Positions 51,026 through 60,119 of a DNA stretch of 64,000 nt are shown here, piece by piece. The first letter of the stretch is position 1. The number at the start of each line of letters is the position of its first letter. The stretch spans positions 32,001 through 96,000 of the forward strand of contig BTUM01000008.1 in assembly GCA_045863235.1 (NCBI GenBank), read 5' to 3'. Source of the DNA: Candidatus Xenobia bacterium (GTDB lineage Bacteria > Vulcanimicrobiota > Xenobia > Xenobiales > QWHO01). The notes under the pieces were generated by a model that worked only from the letters and a program-made list of their open reading frames with translations, made no database searches and was not told the DNA's origin. Position numbers and translations under genes: made by a program.

Positions 51026-52940
51026 TCGCTTCCACCTGAGCGAGCAAACGCGAGAGCTCGTCCTCGGCCGCCAGCGCGCCGTAGCGGGCCCGGCAATAAG
51101 CCTCCAGGAACTGGCGAGCCGGCTGGCTCAGCTCCGGGTGCTCCAGCTGAGCTGCCCATTCGAGTAAGGTCCAATGCTCGGGCCGCTCGAGCTGGTGCTG
51201 GCGCAGCCGGCGCTCGAAGCGCTCGAGAAGCTCACCCAGCCTGCCCTCGGCGCGCTCGCGACCCCGACGCCTCTTGCCCCCCCTCTGCCATCTCAGCCGC
51301 AGGCCGTAGTAGAGGGTCACCAACAGCACCAGGGCAGCCAGCGTGATGGGATGGCTGATGAAGGCCAGCAGGGAGCGGAGCATCTCGGCCGGACTGAGCC
51401 GGAAGAAGTTGCGCGCCTGCATGAACAAGAACATCGCCAGGTCGCCCACCTGCGAGAACCAGCGCCGCCACCAGGAGCGCTGAGGAATGCGTGCCTCGGG
51501 TGGGGTGGGGTCGTAGGTCACCCAGCCCGAGCCCTCCAGGAACACCTCTACCCAGGCGTGAGCGTGCTGGGCCCGGACCGCGTAAAAGCCGCCCAGGTCA
51601 TTGAAGTCGGTCGGGTCCACGATGAAGCCCACCACGTAGCGTGCGGGGACCTTCTGGGTTCGCAGCATCATGACCATGGCCGTGGCAAAGAACTCGCAGT
51701 GGGCCGGGGGGCGCTTTTCCAGGAACTGCTCCAGGGCCGAGCTGCCCTTCTGGAACGGGTAGCCGAAGCCATACTGGAAGTTGTCCTGCAGATAGGCCTC
51801 GATGGCGGCTGCTTTGGCCAGCGGGGTAGGCGCCGAGGCGGTCAGCTCGGCCCCCAGGCGGGCCACTACCGGGGGGAGATCGGGGGGAACCTCGAGGTAG
51901 TAGGGCGGGACCTTGCTGTCCACCGGAGGAGTTCCTCCGCGACCCAGCCAGAACCGGCCGGGAAAGCCCGGCGCGCCCTTGAAGTGGAGACCCGTGGAGG
52001 CAGTGCGCTCGATGCTCTCGAGCTCGGCAGCCAGCAACCAGGCATCGCGCGTCGAGAGCAGTTGCCCGCCGGCCGCGGTCAAGAACTCGACGCGGTCGAC
52101 CAGATCCAGACTGCGAGGGGGGGCCAGCAAGAAAGTATTCTGGCCTTCCAGCCGCTGGCTGGCCCGGGGCAGGGCCCTGGACTCGCCGGGCGGACTGTCC
52201 CACACTTCCCCCCTGGTGAACAGGCCGTAGGAGCGGGCCACCAGGTAGTTGGAGGGCGCCTGCGAGAACAGGCGCAGCACCAGTTGATCCTGCCCGGAGC
52301 TCCGCTGCATGCCGTCCAGCGGGCTACGGGTGGCGAATTGCATGGATACCGGAGTGGTGCTGAAGAGGTTGAGCAGCGTTCCCAGCCGCGTCTCGGAGAA
52401 ACGGGCCGCAAGGGCGATCACCACTGCAACCCCGATGACCGGCACGAAGGCCAGGACGGTTCCCAGCCAGTTCTTGCGGGGCACGGGGGGGCCGAGCTGA
52501 CGTAAGTAGAGGGCCAAGAAGACGGCCTCCAGCAGGCACAGGACCCCATAGGCGATCTCTCCGTCGGCCCGCATGCCGCAGGCGATCAGGAGCGTGATCG
52601 AGCCGCCCGCCAGGATCAGCTTGCCGTTGAAATCATGCCTGCGCACAATCAAGAGCAGGAGGTAGGCAGCCACGATGGTGGCCACCCGGAAGCTGCCGGG
52701 TCCCACGAACGAGCTGTTCATCGGGGTGACGTTGGGCGGGTAAAGCAACACCACCATCGCCGGAAAGGCCAGCGGCAGCAAGGCCCGCTGGGGGATGGCC
52801 AGCTGGCCGTGAAACCAGCAGGCGATCAGGGCCAAGGCGCACAGCAACACGATCAGGGGGTCGGCTCCGCCGACCGAGTAGAGGGCCGCGTAGGACACCA
52901 GCACGGCCAGCAAACCCGTATGAGGCAGGCGCTCTCTCAC
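51003..52940 (-). CDS. Membrane transglutaminase-like protein (TgpA type)
   Basis: Multiple TMs; catalytic triad motifs HCEFFA, HAWVE, YDPTP. Confidence 0.92.
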   Translation of the reverse strand: MRERLPHTGLLAVLVSYAALYSVGGADPLIVLLCALALIACWFHGQLAIPQRALLPLAFPAMVVLLYPPNVTPMNSSFVGPGSFRVATIVAAYLLLLIVRRHDFNGKLILAGGSITLLIACGMRADGEIAYGVLCLLEAVFLALYLRQLGPPVPRKNWLGTVLAFVPVIGVAVVIALAARFSETRLGTLLNLFSTTPVSMQFATRSPLDGMQRSSGQDQLVLRLFSQAPSNYLVARSYGLFTRGEVWDSPPGESRALPRASQRLEGQNTFLLAPPRSLDLVDRVEFLTAAGGQLLSTRDAWLLAAELESIERTASTGLHFKGAPGFPGRFWLGRGGTPPVDSKVPPYYLEVPPDLPPVVARLGAELTASAPTPLAKAAAIEAYLQDNFQYGFGYPFQKGSSALEQFLEKRPPAHCEFFATAMVMMLRTQKVPARYVVGFIVDPTDFNDLGGFYAVRAQHAHAWVEVFLEGSGWVTYDPTPPEARIPQRSWWRRWFSQVGDLAMFLFMQARNFFRLSPAEMLRSLLAFISHPITLAALVLLVTLYYGLRLRWQRGGKRRRGRERAEGRLGELLERFERRLRQHQLERPEHWTLLEWAAQLEHPELSQPARQFLEAYCRARYGALAAEDELSRLLAQVEAIKPARPR

Positions 52941-54202
52941 AGCGACTCCACACCCCGCTCCACATCCTCGGGGGTGAGCACCGTGATGTCACCGGCCAGG
53001 TCCAAGCCCGCGCTGGGATCGGTCGAAGCGGGGGCCGAGCGTACCAGCAGCACTTTGACCTCCGAGCCGCGGTCGCGGATGACCCGCACCATGCGCTCGC
53101 GCCGCTCGTCCCAATCGAGCAGGACCACCACGGTGGTGGTGATGTTCTCCAGATACTCGAGCATGACTGGCTCGATCTTCTCGAAGGGCGGCTCATGGCA
53201 GGGCTCGATGCAGGAGAGGATGTCCATCACATTCTCGAGATAGGCCAGGCTGCGGCCGGCCTGAAAGTGGTAGATCTCCGGTCCGGCCGCGAACAGGTCG
53301 ATGACATACTCTTCGCGGGCGAGCCGGTCGGCCACCGCCGCCGAAAGGGAGACGGCCGCCTCGAAGGCGCGCCGGTCCACCTTCCCCTTCCTGCGAGGAG
53401 GCGGCAGGAAGGTATCCAGCAGAAGTGCGATGCGGCAGAAGTACTCCTCCTGGAACTCCTTCACCACGGGCTTTCCGGTGCGAGCCCAGGAACGCCAGTG
53501 GATGGAGCGCAGTGGATCCCCCTCGCGAAACTCTCGGGTGGACAAGAACTCGGTGGAATCGCCCAGGAAGGAGGTGAGCGCGATCCCACCGGGTTGGTAC
53601 TTGCGCCCCACCGGGATGTCCAGCGACAAGATAGGCTGGAAGTTCGGATACACCAGCAGGGTGTGGGGCTCGAGGTGGTAGACCAGATCGCGCCACAGAC
53701 CCCACGGGAAGGTGGTCTCCTGGCGCAAGCCCTTGAGCACGTAAGCTCCCCGCTGGTCGAAGGAGAGGTCGAGGTGGGTTCTGAGTTGCTCGCCTGGCTC
53801 CAGGCGCGGGATTTGCAGCCCCCATTCGGGCTGGTGGTCCAGCGGAACCGGGGGATAGGCCACCCGCAGGGCCAGGTCGAGCCCGGGACGGCGGGAGAGA
53901 TTCTCGACCAGCAGGCCCACCCGCAGGGGATGACCGCAAGTGGCCCGGTCGGGCCAGGAGGGGCGCACCTTCAGCCTGACGCGGGCCAGTCGGGCCAGCA
54001 CTACCGAGACGAAGAGCAATCCGAAGAGAATGCAGATGACGAAGTAGATCTTGATGACGAAGGAATACCCCCCGGTGCCGTTGGCCAGCAGCATCATCCA
54101 GAAGACCACGCGGCCAGTGGGGGTCAGGCGGTCGCGCAACAGATGGCGCATCCACCGGATGATGAAGCTCTCTCCCAGGTGGATCTTGGGAGGCTCGGCC
54201 AC
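52937..54202 (-). CDS. DUF58 protein
   Basis: RGAY, FPWGL, LVYP, EFLSTREFREGD.LRSIHW..WAR...VVKEF; GTG overlaps the MoxR stop. Confidence 0.92.
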   Translation of the reverse strand: MAEPPKIHLGESFIIRWMRHLLRDRLTPTGRVVFWMMLLANGTGGYSFVIKIYFVICILFGLLFVSVVLARLARVRLKVRPSWPDRATCGHPLRVGLLVENLSRRPGLDLALRVAYPPVPLDHQPEWGLQIPRLEPGEQLRTHLDLSFDQRGAYVLKGLRQETTFPWGLWRDLVYHLEPHTLLVYPNFQPILSLDIPVGRKYQPGGIALTSFLGDSTEFLSTREFREGDPLRSIHWRSWARTGKPVVKEFQEEYFCRIALLLDTFLPPPRRKGKVDRRAFEAAVSLSAAVADRLAREEYVIDLFAAGPEIYHFQAGRSLAYLENVMDILSCIEPCHEPPFEKIEPVMLEYLENITTTVVVLLDWDERRERMVRVIRDRGSEVKVLLVRSAPASTDPSAGLDLAGDITVLTPEDVERGVESL

Positions 54203-55146
54203 TAGGTCGGCACTTTGACCTGCTCGAGCAGGTCGGTCACGATGCTTTCCTTGGAGGTTCCGCCGTACTTGGACTTGGTGTCCAGGCAGAGCCGGTGGGC
54301 CAGCACCGGGGCGGCCAGTCGCTTGACGTCGTCGGGCAGCACGTAGTCGCGCCCGACGCACAGGGCCAGGGCCTGGGAGACCCGGTAGAGAGCGATGGCT
54401 CCGCGCGGGCTGGAGCCGAGCTTGAGGCGCGGCTCGAGGCGGCTGGCCTGCACCAGGGCCAGGATGTACTGGGCCACGGGTCGCTCCACGCGCACTTTGC
54501 GCACCTCTTCTTGAGCTGCGACCACCTCGGAAAGCTCGGCTACCGGCTCGAGGCTCTCGAGGGGATGGCGGGTGCGCTGGCCTTCGAGCATCTCCAACTC
54601 GTGATCAGGAGCGGGGTAGCCGAGCTCGAGCTTGACCGAGAAGCGATCCAGCTGGGCCTCGGGCAGGGGATAGGTGCCGTGGAACTCGACCGGATTCTGA
54701 GTGGCCAGCACCAGGAACGGGTCGGGGAGGCGATAACAGTTGCCCTCGATGGTCACCTGGCGCTCGGACATGGCCTCCAGCAGGCTAGACTGCGTACGCG
54801 GCGAGGCGCGGTTGATCTCGTCGGCCAGCAGGATGTTGGTGAAGACCGGCCCCCGGCGAAAGTCGAACGAGCCCTCGCGAGGGTTATAGATGGACGAGCC
54901 CACGATGTCGGTGGGCAGGAGATCGGGCGTGAACTGCACCCGCTTGAAGTCACCCTGGACGGTCTGAGCCAGGGCCTTGGCCAGGGTGGTCTTGCCCACC
55001 CCGGGCACGTCCTCCATCAGGATGTTGCCCCCGGCCAGGAGAGCGACCACAAGCAGGTGCAGCGATTCTGACTTGCCCCGAATCACCTTCTCGAGGTTGG
55101 CATGGATGCGGTCGTGAAGCGCTTGAGCCTGGCCCATGGAGGGCAA
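54202..55146 (-). CDS. moxR: MoxR AAA+ ATPase
   Basis: DVPGVGKT, QFTPDLLP.D, LADEINRA, ATQNP, LPEAQLDRF. Confidence 0.96.
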   Translation of the reverse strand: MPSMGQAQALHDRIHANLEKVIRGKSESLHLLVVALLAGGNILMEDVPGVGKTTLAKALAQTVQGDFKRVQFTPDLLPTDIVGSSIYNPREGSFDFRRGPVFTNILLADEINRASPRTQSSLLEAMSERQVTIEGNCYRLPDPFLVLATQNPVEFHGTYPLPEAQLDRFSVKLELGYPAPDHELEMLEGQRTRHPLESLEPVAELSEVVAAQEEVRKVRVERPVAQYILALVQASRLEPRLKLGSSPRGAIALYRVSQALALCVGRDYVLPDDVKRLAAPVLAHRLCLDTKSKYGGTSKESIVTDLLEQVKVPT

Positions 55147-55161
55147 GGCATTCGAACCTGG

Positions 55162-56271
55162 TCAGCGTCCGCCCTGCAGCGCTCCGGTCAGGTCAGCCAC
55201 CAGGTTGGGGTAGTTGGCCTTCACAAAGCCCTGCAGGTCGTCCTTCAAGCCAGGCAGCTCCGTCTCGAGGGCCGAAAGGGCGTCCTGGCGTAGCTCGGGG
55301 TAGTGGCTCTCCAGGCTTTCCAGAGCCCGGCTGAGCAGGCGAGGGTGCTTCTCTTCCAGGGTGCGGGCCACCACCGAGGGCAGCTCGGGGAACTCGGCCA
55401 GCACCGCCTGACGGAAGCTCTGGCGAGCCTGGCGCCGGGCCGTGCGCACCGTGGCGGGCAACTCGGGGTAGTCCTGCTCGATCAGGCCCAGCACCGCCTC
55501 GGCGCTGGTGCCCGGGGGACGGCTCTCGAGTGCTTTGAGCACGTCCAGGGCGGCCGAGCGCAGCTCGGTCTTATGGCGCGCGTGCAGCTCGCGGGCCGCC
55601 CGGGCAAGAAAGCCCGGGTGGTTCTCAGCCAGCCACAGCAGGGGGCGCTCGCCGCGCCGACGAGCCCGCATCAGCTCCCCCACCAGTCCGGGCTGCTCGC
55701 GATCAGCCAGCTCGGACAGGTCGCCCAGCAAGCGCAGGGCCAGCCCCGGGTGCTTCTCGCGCAGGGTCTGCCAGGCCAGGCCCCTGGGACTGTCGGCCCG
55801 GTTGCGACCAAGCAGTTGCAAGAAGGCGGTGCGGAAACCAGGATGGCGCGTCTCCACAGCCTCGGCTACGGCCAGCCTGGGTCGGTGCTGCTGACGCAGC
55901 CGGGCCATACGGGCGGGAAAGTCGGGATAGCGGGCCAACACGGCTTCCTGCACGTCCAGGAAGGCCTGGGCCGGCTCGTCGCCCAGGTCCTCGAGCAGGT
56001 GGCGGGCAATTGCGAAAGGGAGCCCCGGATATTTCTGGCGCAAGCTCAGCAGAGCCCGGGCTCCCCGCACCTCGTAGTTGGGATAGCGCTCATCGAGGTG
56101 AGCTGCGATGGCTTCGGGCACGTTCGCGTAACGCTCGTGCAGCAGCTCGCGGGCGGCCAGGCGACGGGTGGGGGTGGAGTTCTTGAGAGCCTCCCTGAGC
56201 TCTTCAGTCTGAGCGGCCGCGCCGCCCGCCATGAGGGCGACCAGGGAGAGTGCCAGAATCGGCTTTCGCAT
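55162..56271 (-). CDS. Secreted helical-repeat protein
   Basis: GGAGG RBS; signal peptide MRKPILALSLVALMAGGAAA|Q; recurring [YHF]P.[LF] motif. Confidence 0.8.
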   Translation of the reverse strand: MRKPILALSLVALMAGGAAAQTEELREALKNSTPTRRLAARELLHERYANVPEAIAAHLDERYPNYEVRGARALLSLRQKYPGLPFAIARHLLEDLGDEPAQAFLDVQEAVLARYPDFPARMARLRQQHRPRLAVAEAVETRHPGFRTAFLQLLGRNRADSPRGLAWQTLREKHPGLALRLLGDLSELADREQPGLVGELMRARRRGERPLLWLAENHPGFLARAARELHARHKTELRSAALDVLKALESRPPGTSAEAVLGLIEQDYPELPATVRTARRQARQSFRQAVLAEFPELPSVVARTLEEKHPRLLSRALESLESHYPELRQDALSALETELPGLKDDLQGFVKANYPNLVADLTGALQGGR

Positions 56272-56317
56272 CGTGTTCCTCCGAGGATGAAGATGACTCG
56301 AGTCTAGCCGGTAGAGG

Positions 56318-57703
56318 TCAGCAAACCTGAGAGGTTTCCAAAGAAACTGTAAAGACAGCCCGAGTGCCCTGACCGGGCGAGGCGCCCAGCTCCAGCTCGC
56401 CTCCGTGAGCCCGGGCCAGGCGCCTGGCGATGGGCAGGCCCAGTCCCCGGGTGGCGCTCGGGTCGAAGCCGCAACCGTCGTCAGAAACCGACACCTCCAG
56501 GCGCTGGCCGATCGGTTGCAGGCGCAGGCAGACGCTGGTGCCGGCTCCGGCGTGATAGACGGCATTCTCAAGCAAGATCTGCAGGAGCTCGCGCAGGCGA
56601 ACCGGATCGCCCACCACCCGGACGCTCTGGTCGGTCCCCTCCAACCGCAGGCTGACCTGGCGGGACTCGGCCGCCGGCGCCAGGGTGTCCACCACCAGCC
56701 CCAGCGGCTCGCGCAGGTCGAAGGCGACTTTCTGCAGATGAGGCTCGCTGGACTCCCAGCGCGAGAGGTCCACCAACCGCTGCAAGGTCTGAGAGACGTA
56801 GAGCACCTCGCGGGAGATCTTCTCCAACTCGTCCCCCTGGGCCATGCCCTCTTGCAGGGCTTCGGTCCAGCCCAATACGGCCGCAAGCGGGGTGCGCAGG
56901 TTGTGGGAGACGTCGGCCAGGAACTGACGCTGGTTCTGCTCGAGCCGCTCGACCCGACGTTTTTCCTCGGACAGGTGACGCACAGTTTCCTGAAGCCGTG
57001 AAGCCATCTCGTTGAAGCTCTTGCCCAGCTCTGCCAGCTCGCCCGAGCCTGTCACCTCCACCCGGCGCGATAGCTCGAGATCGCCCAGGTCCCGGGTGGC
57101 CGCGGCCAGCTTCTGCACCGGTCCGGAGATGGAGGAGCTGAGCCAGAGACCGGCCGCGAAGGCCACCAGCGCCCCGGCCAGACCCGAGAGAACCACCCCG
57201 CGCAAGAGCTGAGAGCGGGCGTCGGCCGGCAGCCGCTCGTGGGGAGGCAGAGGACGCATCCGCACCTTGAGGGCGCCTCCCTCCCCCACTGTCAGCTCCT
57301 GATCGGCCGGAAAGCGCATGACCAGACCGAACACCGGCCTGGGACCGCCGGCTCCGGGAGGAGGGGCCACGGCCACCCGCTGGTCGAGCGGGGGACCGGG
57401 CTGCAGGCGAGCGGGAGGCTGGGGACGGAGCGCTCGGGGGCCCTGGCCGGGCACCTCCAGGATGAGGTCCACACCCGGGGGGAGCGGCATCGACTCGGCC
57501 TCCTCCACGACCGCCTCCCAGCCTCCGGAGGAATAGGCCCGATCCAGCCGGGCCTGCCACTGGCCCTTCCAGTGGGAGATCGCCTCGTCGCGGAAGTGGT
57601 TAGCGGCGGGGATGGTCAACAGCGCGTGGGCCACCGCCAGGGTCACCAGGAACAGACCGATGACCATCAGGTAGGAGAGGGCCAGACGAAGCCTCAGGCG
57701 CAC
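56318..57703 (-). CDS. Sensor histidine kinase (HAMP-HisKA-HATPase)
   Basis: Two TMs, ELAELGKSFNEM, SHNLRTPL, LLENA, DDGCG, GLGLPI. Confidence 0.92.
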   Translation of the reverse strand: MRLRLRLALSYLMVIGLFLVTLAVAHALLTIPAANHFRDEAISHWKGQWQARLDRAYSSGGWEAVVEEAESMPLPPGVDLILEVPGQGPRALRPQPPARLQPGPPLDQRVAVAPPPGAGGPRPVFGLVMRFPADQELTVGEGGALKVRMRPLPPHERLPADARSQLLRGVVLSGLAGALVAFAAGLWLSSSISGPVQKLAAATRDLGDLELSRRVEVTGSGELAELGKSFNEMASRLQETVRHLSEEKRRVERLEQNQRQFLADVSHNLRTPLAAVLGWTEALQEGMAQGDELEKISREVLYVSQTLQRLVDLSRWESSEPHLQKVAFDLREPLGLVVDTLAPAAESRQVSLRLEGTDQSVRVVGDPVRLRELLQILLENAVYHAGAGTSVCLRLQPIGQRLEVSVSDDGCGFDPSATRGLGLPIARRLARAHGGELELGASPGQGTRAVFTVSLETSQVC

Positions 57704-58387
57704 CTAAACCTCGTAGCGGTAGCCCACGCCCCAGATAGAGCGAATGGGCCCGGCCCAGCCCGGCTTGCGCAGCTTGTCGCGCAGGTTGCTGATATGAACG
57801 TCCACCCGGCGCGTGTCGCCGGTATACTCCGGGCCCCAGACCCGGTCGAGCAACTCGTCGCGCGTGAAATTCTTGCCCGGCGCCCCGGACAGGACCCGCA
57901 ACAGGTCATATTCGCGGGGAGTGAGCTCGAGCGGCTCGTCGTCGAGGAAGGCGCGGCGGGACTCCTCGTCGACGCGCACCGGACCCGAAGGGCGGGTGCC
58001 CACTGCCGCTGCGGCCGGCAAACGGGCCCGGCGCAGCAGAGCCTTCACCCGGGCCAGCAGCTCGCGCGAGGAGAAGGGCTTGGTCAGGTAGTCGTCGGCC
58101 CCCAGCTCCAGCCCGGCCACCCGGTCGGCCTCCTCGCCTCTGGCGGTCAGGATGAGAATGGGAACATGGCTGGTCTTGCGCACCTCGCGGGTGACCTCCA
58201 GCCCGTCCGGTCCCGGAATCATGAGGTCTTGAATGAGCAGGTCGACGGGGCTCTTCACCAGCTTGAGCGCCTCGTGGCCGTCGCGGGCCAGCACCACCTC
58301 GAAGCCGTCGCGCTCGAGAAAGCGCCGCAGGATGTCGCGGATCTCCTCTTCGTCGTCCACCACCAGAATGCGCCCACGGTTGCTCAT
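57704..58387 (-). CDS. OmpR-family response regulator
   Basis: ILVVDD, DLMIP..DG, GADDYLTKPF, LTPREYDLL, VDVHI..LR.KL, WGVGY. Confidence 0.96.
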   Translation of the reverse strand: MSNRGRILVVDDEEEIRDILRRFLERDGFEVVLARDGHEALKLVKSPVDLLIQDLMIPGPDGLEVTREVRKTSHVPILILTARGEEADRVAGLELGADDYLTKPFSSRELLARVKALLRRARLPAAAAVGTRPSGPVRVDEESRRAFLDDEPLELTPREYDLLRVLSGAPGKNFTRDELLDRVWGPEYTGDTRRVDVHISNLRDKLRKPGWAGPIRSIWGVGYRYEV

Positions 58388-58557
58388 CGCTGGAAAGTTC
58401 TCGTCGACCAACCCCCGATCCCTGGCGGAATGGGCTTGTACTTTCTTTACAAACTTTGGATTCTTCTTGAGCCAGGCAGCAGGACGACCTGACCGTGGCA
58501 GCGCTGGTCTTTCACGGTCCGGTTTCCCTGGCCCGAAACTCGGAGAAAATTTCAAAA

Positions 58558-58574
58558 TCGAACAACCTGTTCGA
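58558..58574. promoter_or_regulatory. Perfect palindrome, LexA-box-like
   Basis: TCGAACA-acc-TGTTCGA in the AT-rich divergent promoter region. Confidence 0.45.
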
Positions 58575-58686
58575 AAGGAGCCCCGCAGTACTTGAAGAAT
58601 TTTTATCAAGACCTGCCTGATCCATGAGCTGCAAGCCTCGAGCTTGCGACTGTAGGAATCTCCTTCAAGAAAGGTGGAAGCCGCTG

Positions 58687-59967
58687 ATGCCGTCGCCTTC
58701 CAATAGTCTGTATCCCGCCCGGATCTTCGTCGTCGGAATGGGTGGAGCCGGGTGCAACCTGGTCAACCGTCTGGCCGAGAACCCTCCCGCCGGGGTCAAC
58801 CTGGTGCTGGCCAACACCGACGCCCAGGCCCTGCACTCCTCACGTCGCGGCCCCACCATGCTGCATCTGGGAGAAGGCTCCACCAAAGGCCTGGGGGCCG
58901 GAGCCAACCACGAGCTGGGCCGGCTGGCTGCCGAGAACTCGGTGGGCAAGATGCGCGAGCTCTTCCAGGGAGGAGACCTGGTCTTCTTGACGGCCGGGAT
59001 GGGCGGCGGAACCGGCACCGGCTCTGCTCCCGTGGCGGCCCGCGAAGCTCGCAAGGCGGGGGCGCTTGTAGTGGCCGTCGTCACCACCCCCTTCGAGTTC
59101 GAGGGCACTCGCCGCAATCGAATCGCCGAGGCGGGCATCGCCGCCCTGGAAGCCGAGGTGGATACCCTGCTGGTGCTGCCGAACCAGAAGCTGCTCTCCA
59201 TCGGAGCCGGTGTTTGCCCCCTGCACGAGAGCTTCGGTATCGTGGATCAGGTGCTCTGCGACGCGGTGCGCGGGATGACCGAGCTGGTCACGACCCCCGG
59301 CGTCATCAACCTCGACTTTGCCGACGTGCGGGCCGTGCTCCAGAACGGCGGACGCGGATTGTTTGGAATGGCCACGGCGCCCACCGCCACGGCGGCTGTC
59401 GAGCAAGCCCTCAAGAATCCGCTGGTGGGGGGCTCGCCGGACGGCTCGGCCGGAGCACTGCTGAACATCACCGCAGGTCCCGACCTGTCCATTCAAGACT
59501 ATTCCAGAGCCTGCGCCATGCTGCAAGAAGCTGCTTCGCCTCGAGCCCTCATCCTGTGCGGCCTGGTGCAAGACCCGTCCATGCAGGGCCGGGTCCGAGC
59601 CACGGTGGTGGCCACCCAGGTTCAGGCCAACGCCGAGGTGGTCGGGCAGCCCGGCTTCCTGGCTGGAGCCACCGAGTTCGAGTTCCAGTTGCAGCAGCCT
59701 GAGTTGCTGCCGGTTGGTGCAACGGCCGCGGCGGCTCCCTCGCCCGAGGTCGGGTTGACCGAGCGTCGCCTGCGCCCCGGGCTGGTGGAGAAGGGGTTTG
59801 CCTTCAACGAGCGTTCCATCGAACGACTGGAGCGCAAGCCCACCGCTGATCCCCGCCCCGTGGCCGAAGACAAGCGACGCAACGGTTGGATGGACCTGCC
59901 GGCCATCTGGCGACGGGCCCGCCGCACACCCAACTCGGCCAGCGACGAGAAGGCGGCCGAAGCCTGA
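58687..59967 (+). CDS. ftsZ: FtsZ, probably a stand-alone paralogue
   Basis: NTDAQAL, GLGAGA, GMGGGTGTG, PFEFEG, INLDFADV; C-terminal MDLPAIWRR. Confidence 0.92.
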   Translation: MPSPSNSLYPARIFVVGMGGAGCNLVNRLAENPPAGVNLVLANTDAQALHSSRRGPTMLHLGEGSTKGLGAGANHELGRLAAENSVGKMRELFQGGDLVFLTAGMGGGTGTGSAPVAAREARKAGALVVAVVTTPFEFEGTRRNRIAEAGIAALEAEVDTLLVLPNQKLLSIGAGVCPLHESFGIVDQVLCDAVRGMTELVTTPGVINLDFADVRAVLQNGGRGLFGMATAPTATAAVEQALKNPLVGGSPDGSAGALLNITAGPDLSIQDYSRACAMLQEAASPRALILCGLVQDPSMQGRVRATVVATQVQANAEVVGQPGFLAGATEFEFQLQQPELLPVGATAAAAPSPEVGLTERRLRPGLVEKGFAFNERSIERLERKPTADPRPVAEDKRRNGWMDLPAIWRRARRTPNSASDEKAAEA

Positions 59968-59993
59968 CGGTTTCAAGGGAGGGTTCCGCCCGG

Positions 59994-60024
59994 GGCCAGG
60001 CTCACATTTGAGCCTGGCCTTCTT
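59994..60024 (+). terminator. Intrinsic terminator after ftsZ
   Basis: GGCCAGGCTCA-catt-TGAGCCTGGCC followed by TTCTT. Confidence 0.75.
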
Positions 60025-60080
60025 GCTGAAAGAGTATCCAGGGCGCGGGCGGCGAAGATCTCAAGATGCCGCTCACCGTG

Positions 60081-60110
60081 TTGAGAGCCATCCCTGGTGA
60101 ATGCTATAAT
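60081..60110 (+). promoter_or_regulatory. Sigma70-type promoter with extended -10
   Basis: TTGAGA-N18-TATAAT with TGn immediately before the -10. Confidence 0.7.
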
Positions 60111-60119
60111 GGTTAGGTC

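Noticed and set aside
57701..57706. In-frame TAG-GTG junction between response regulator and kinase
   Set aside because: A GAGG RBS lies just upstream; ordinary translational coupling explains it
58591..58610. CTTGA-N10-TCAAG as an HspR HAIR site
   Set aside because: Spacing and inner bases do not fit CTTGAGT-N7-ACTCAAG
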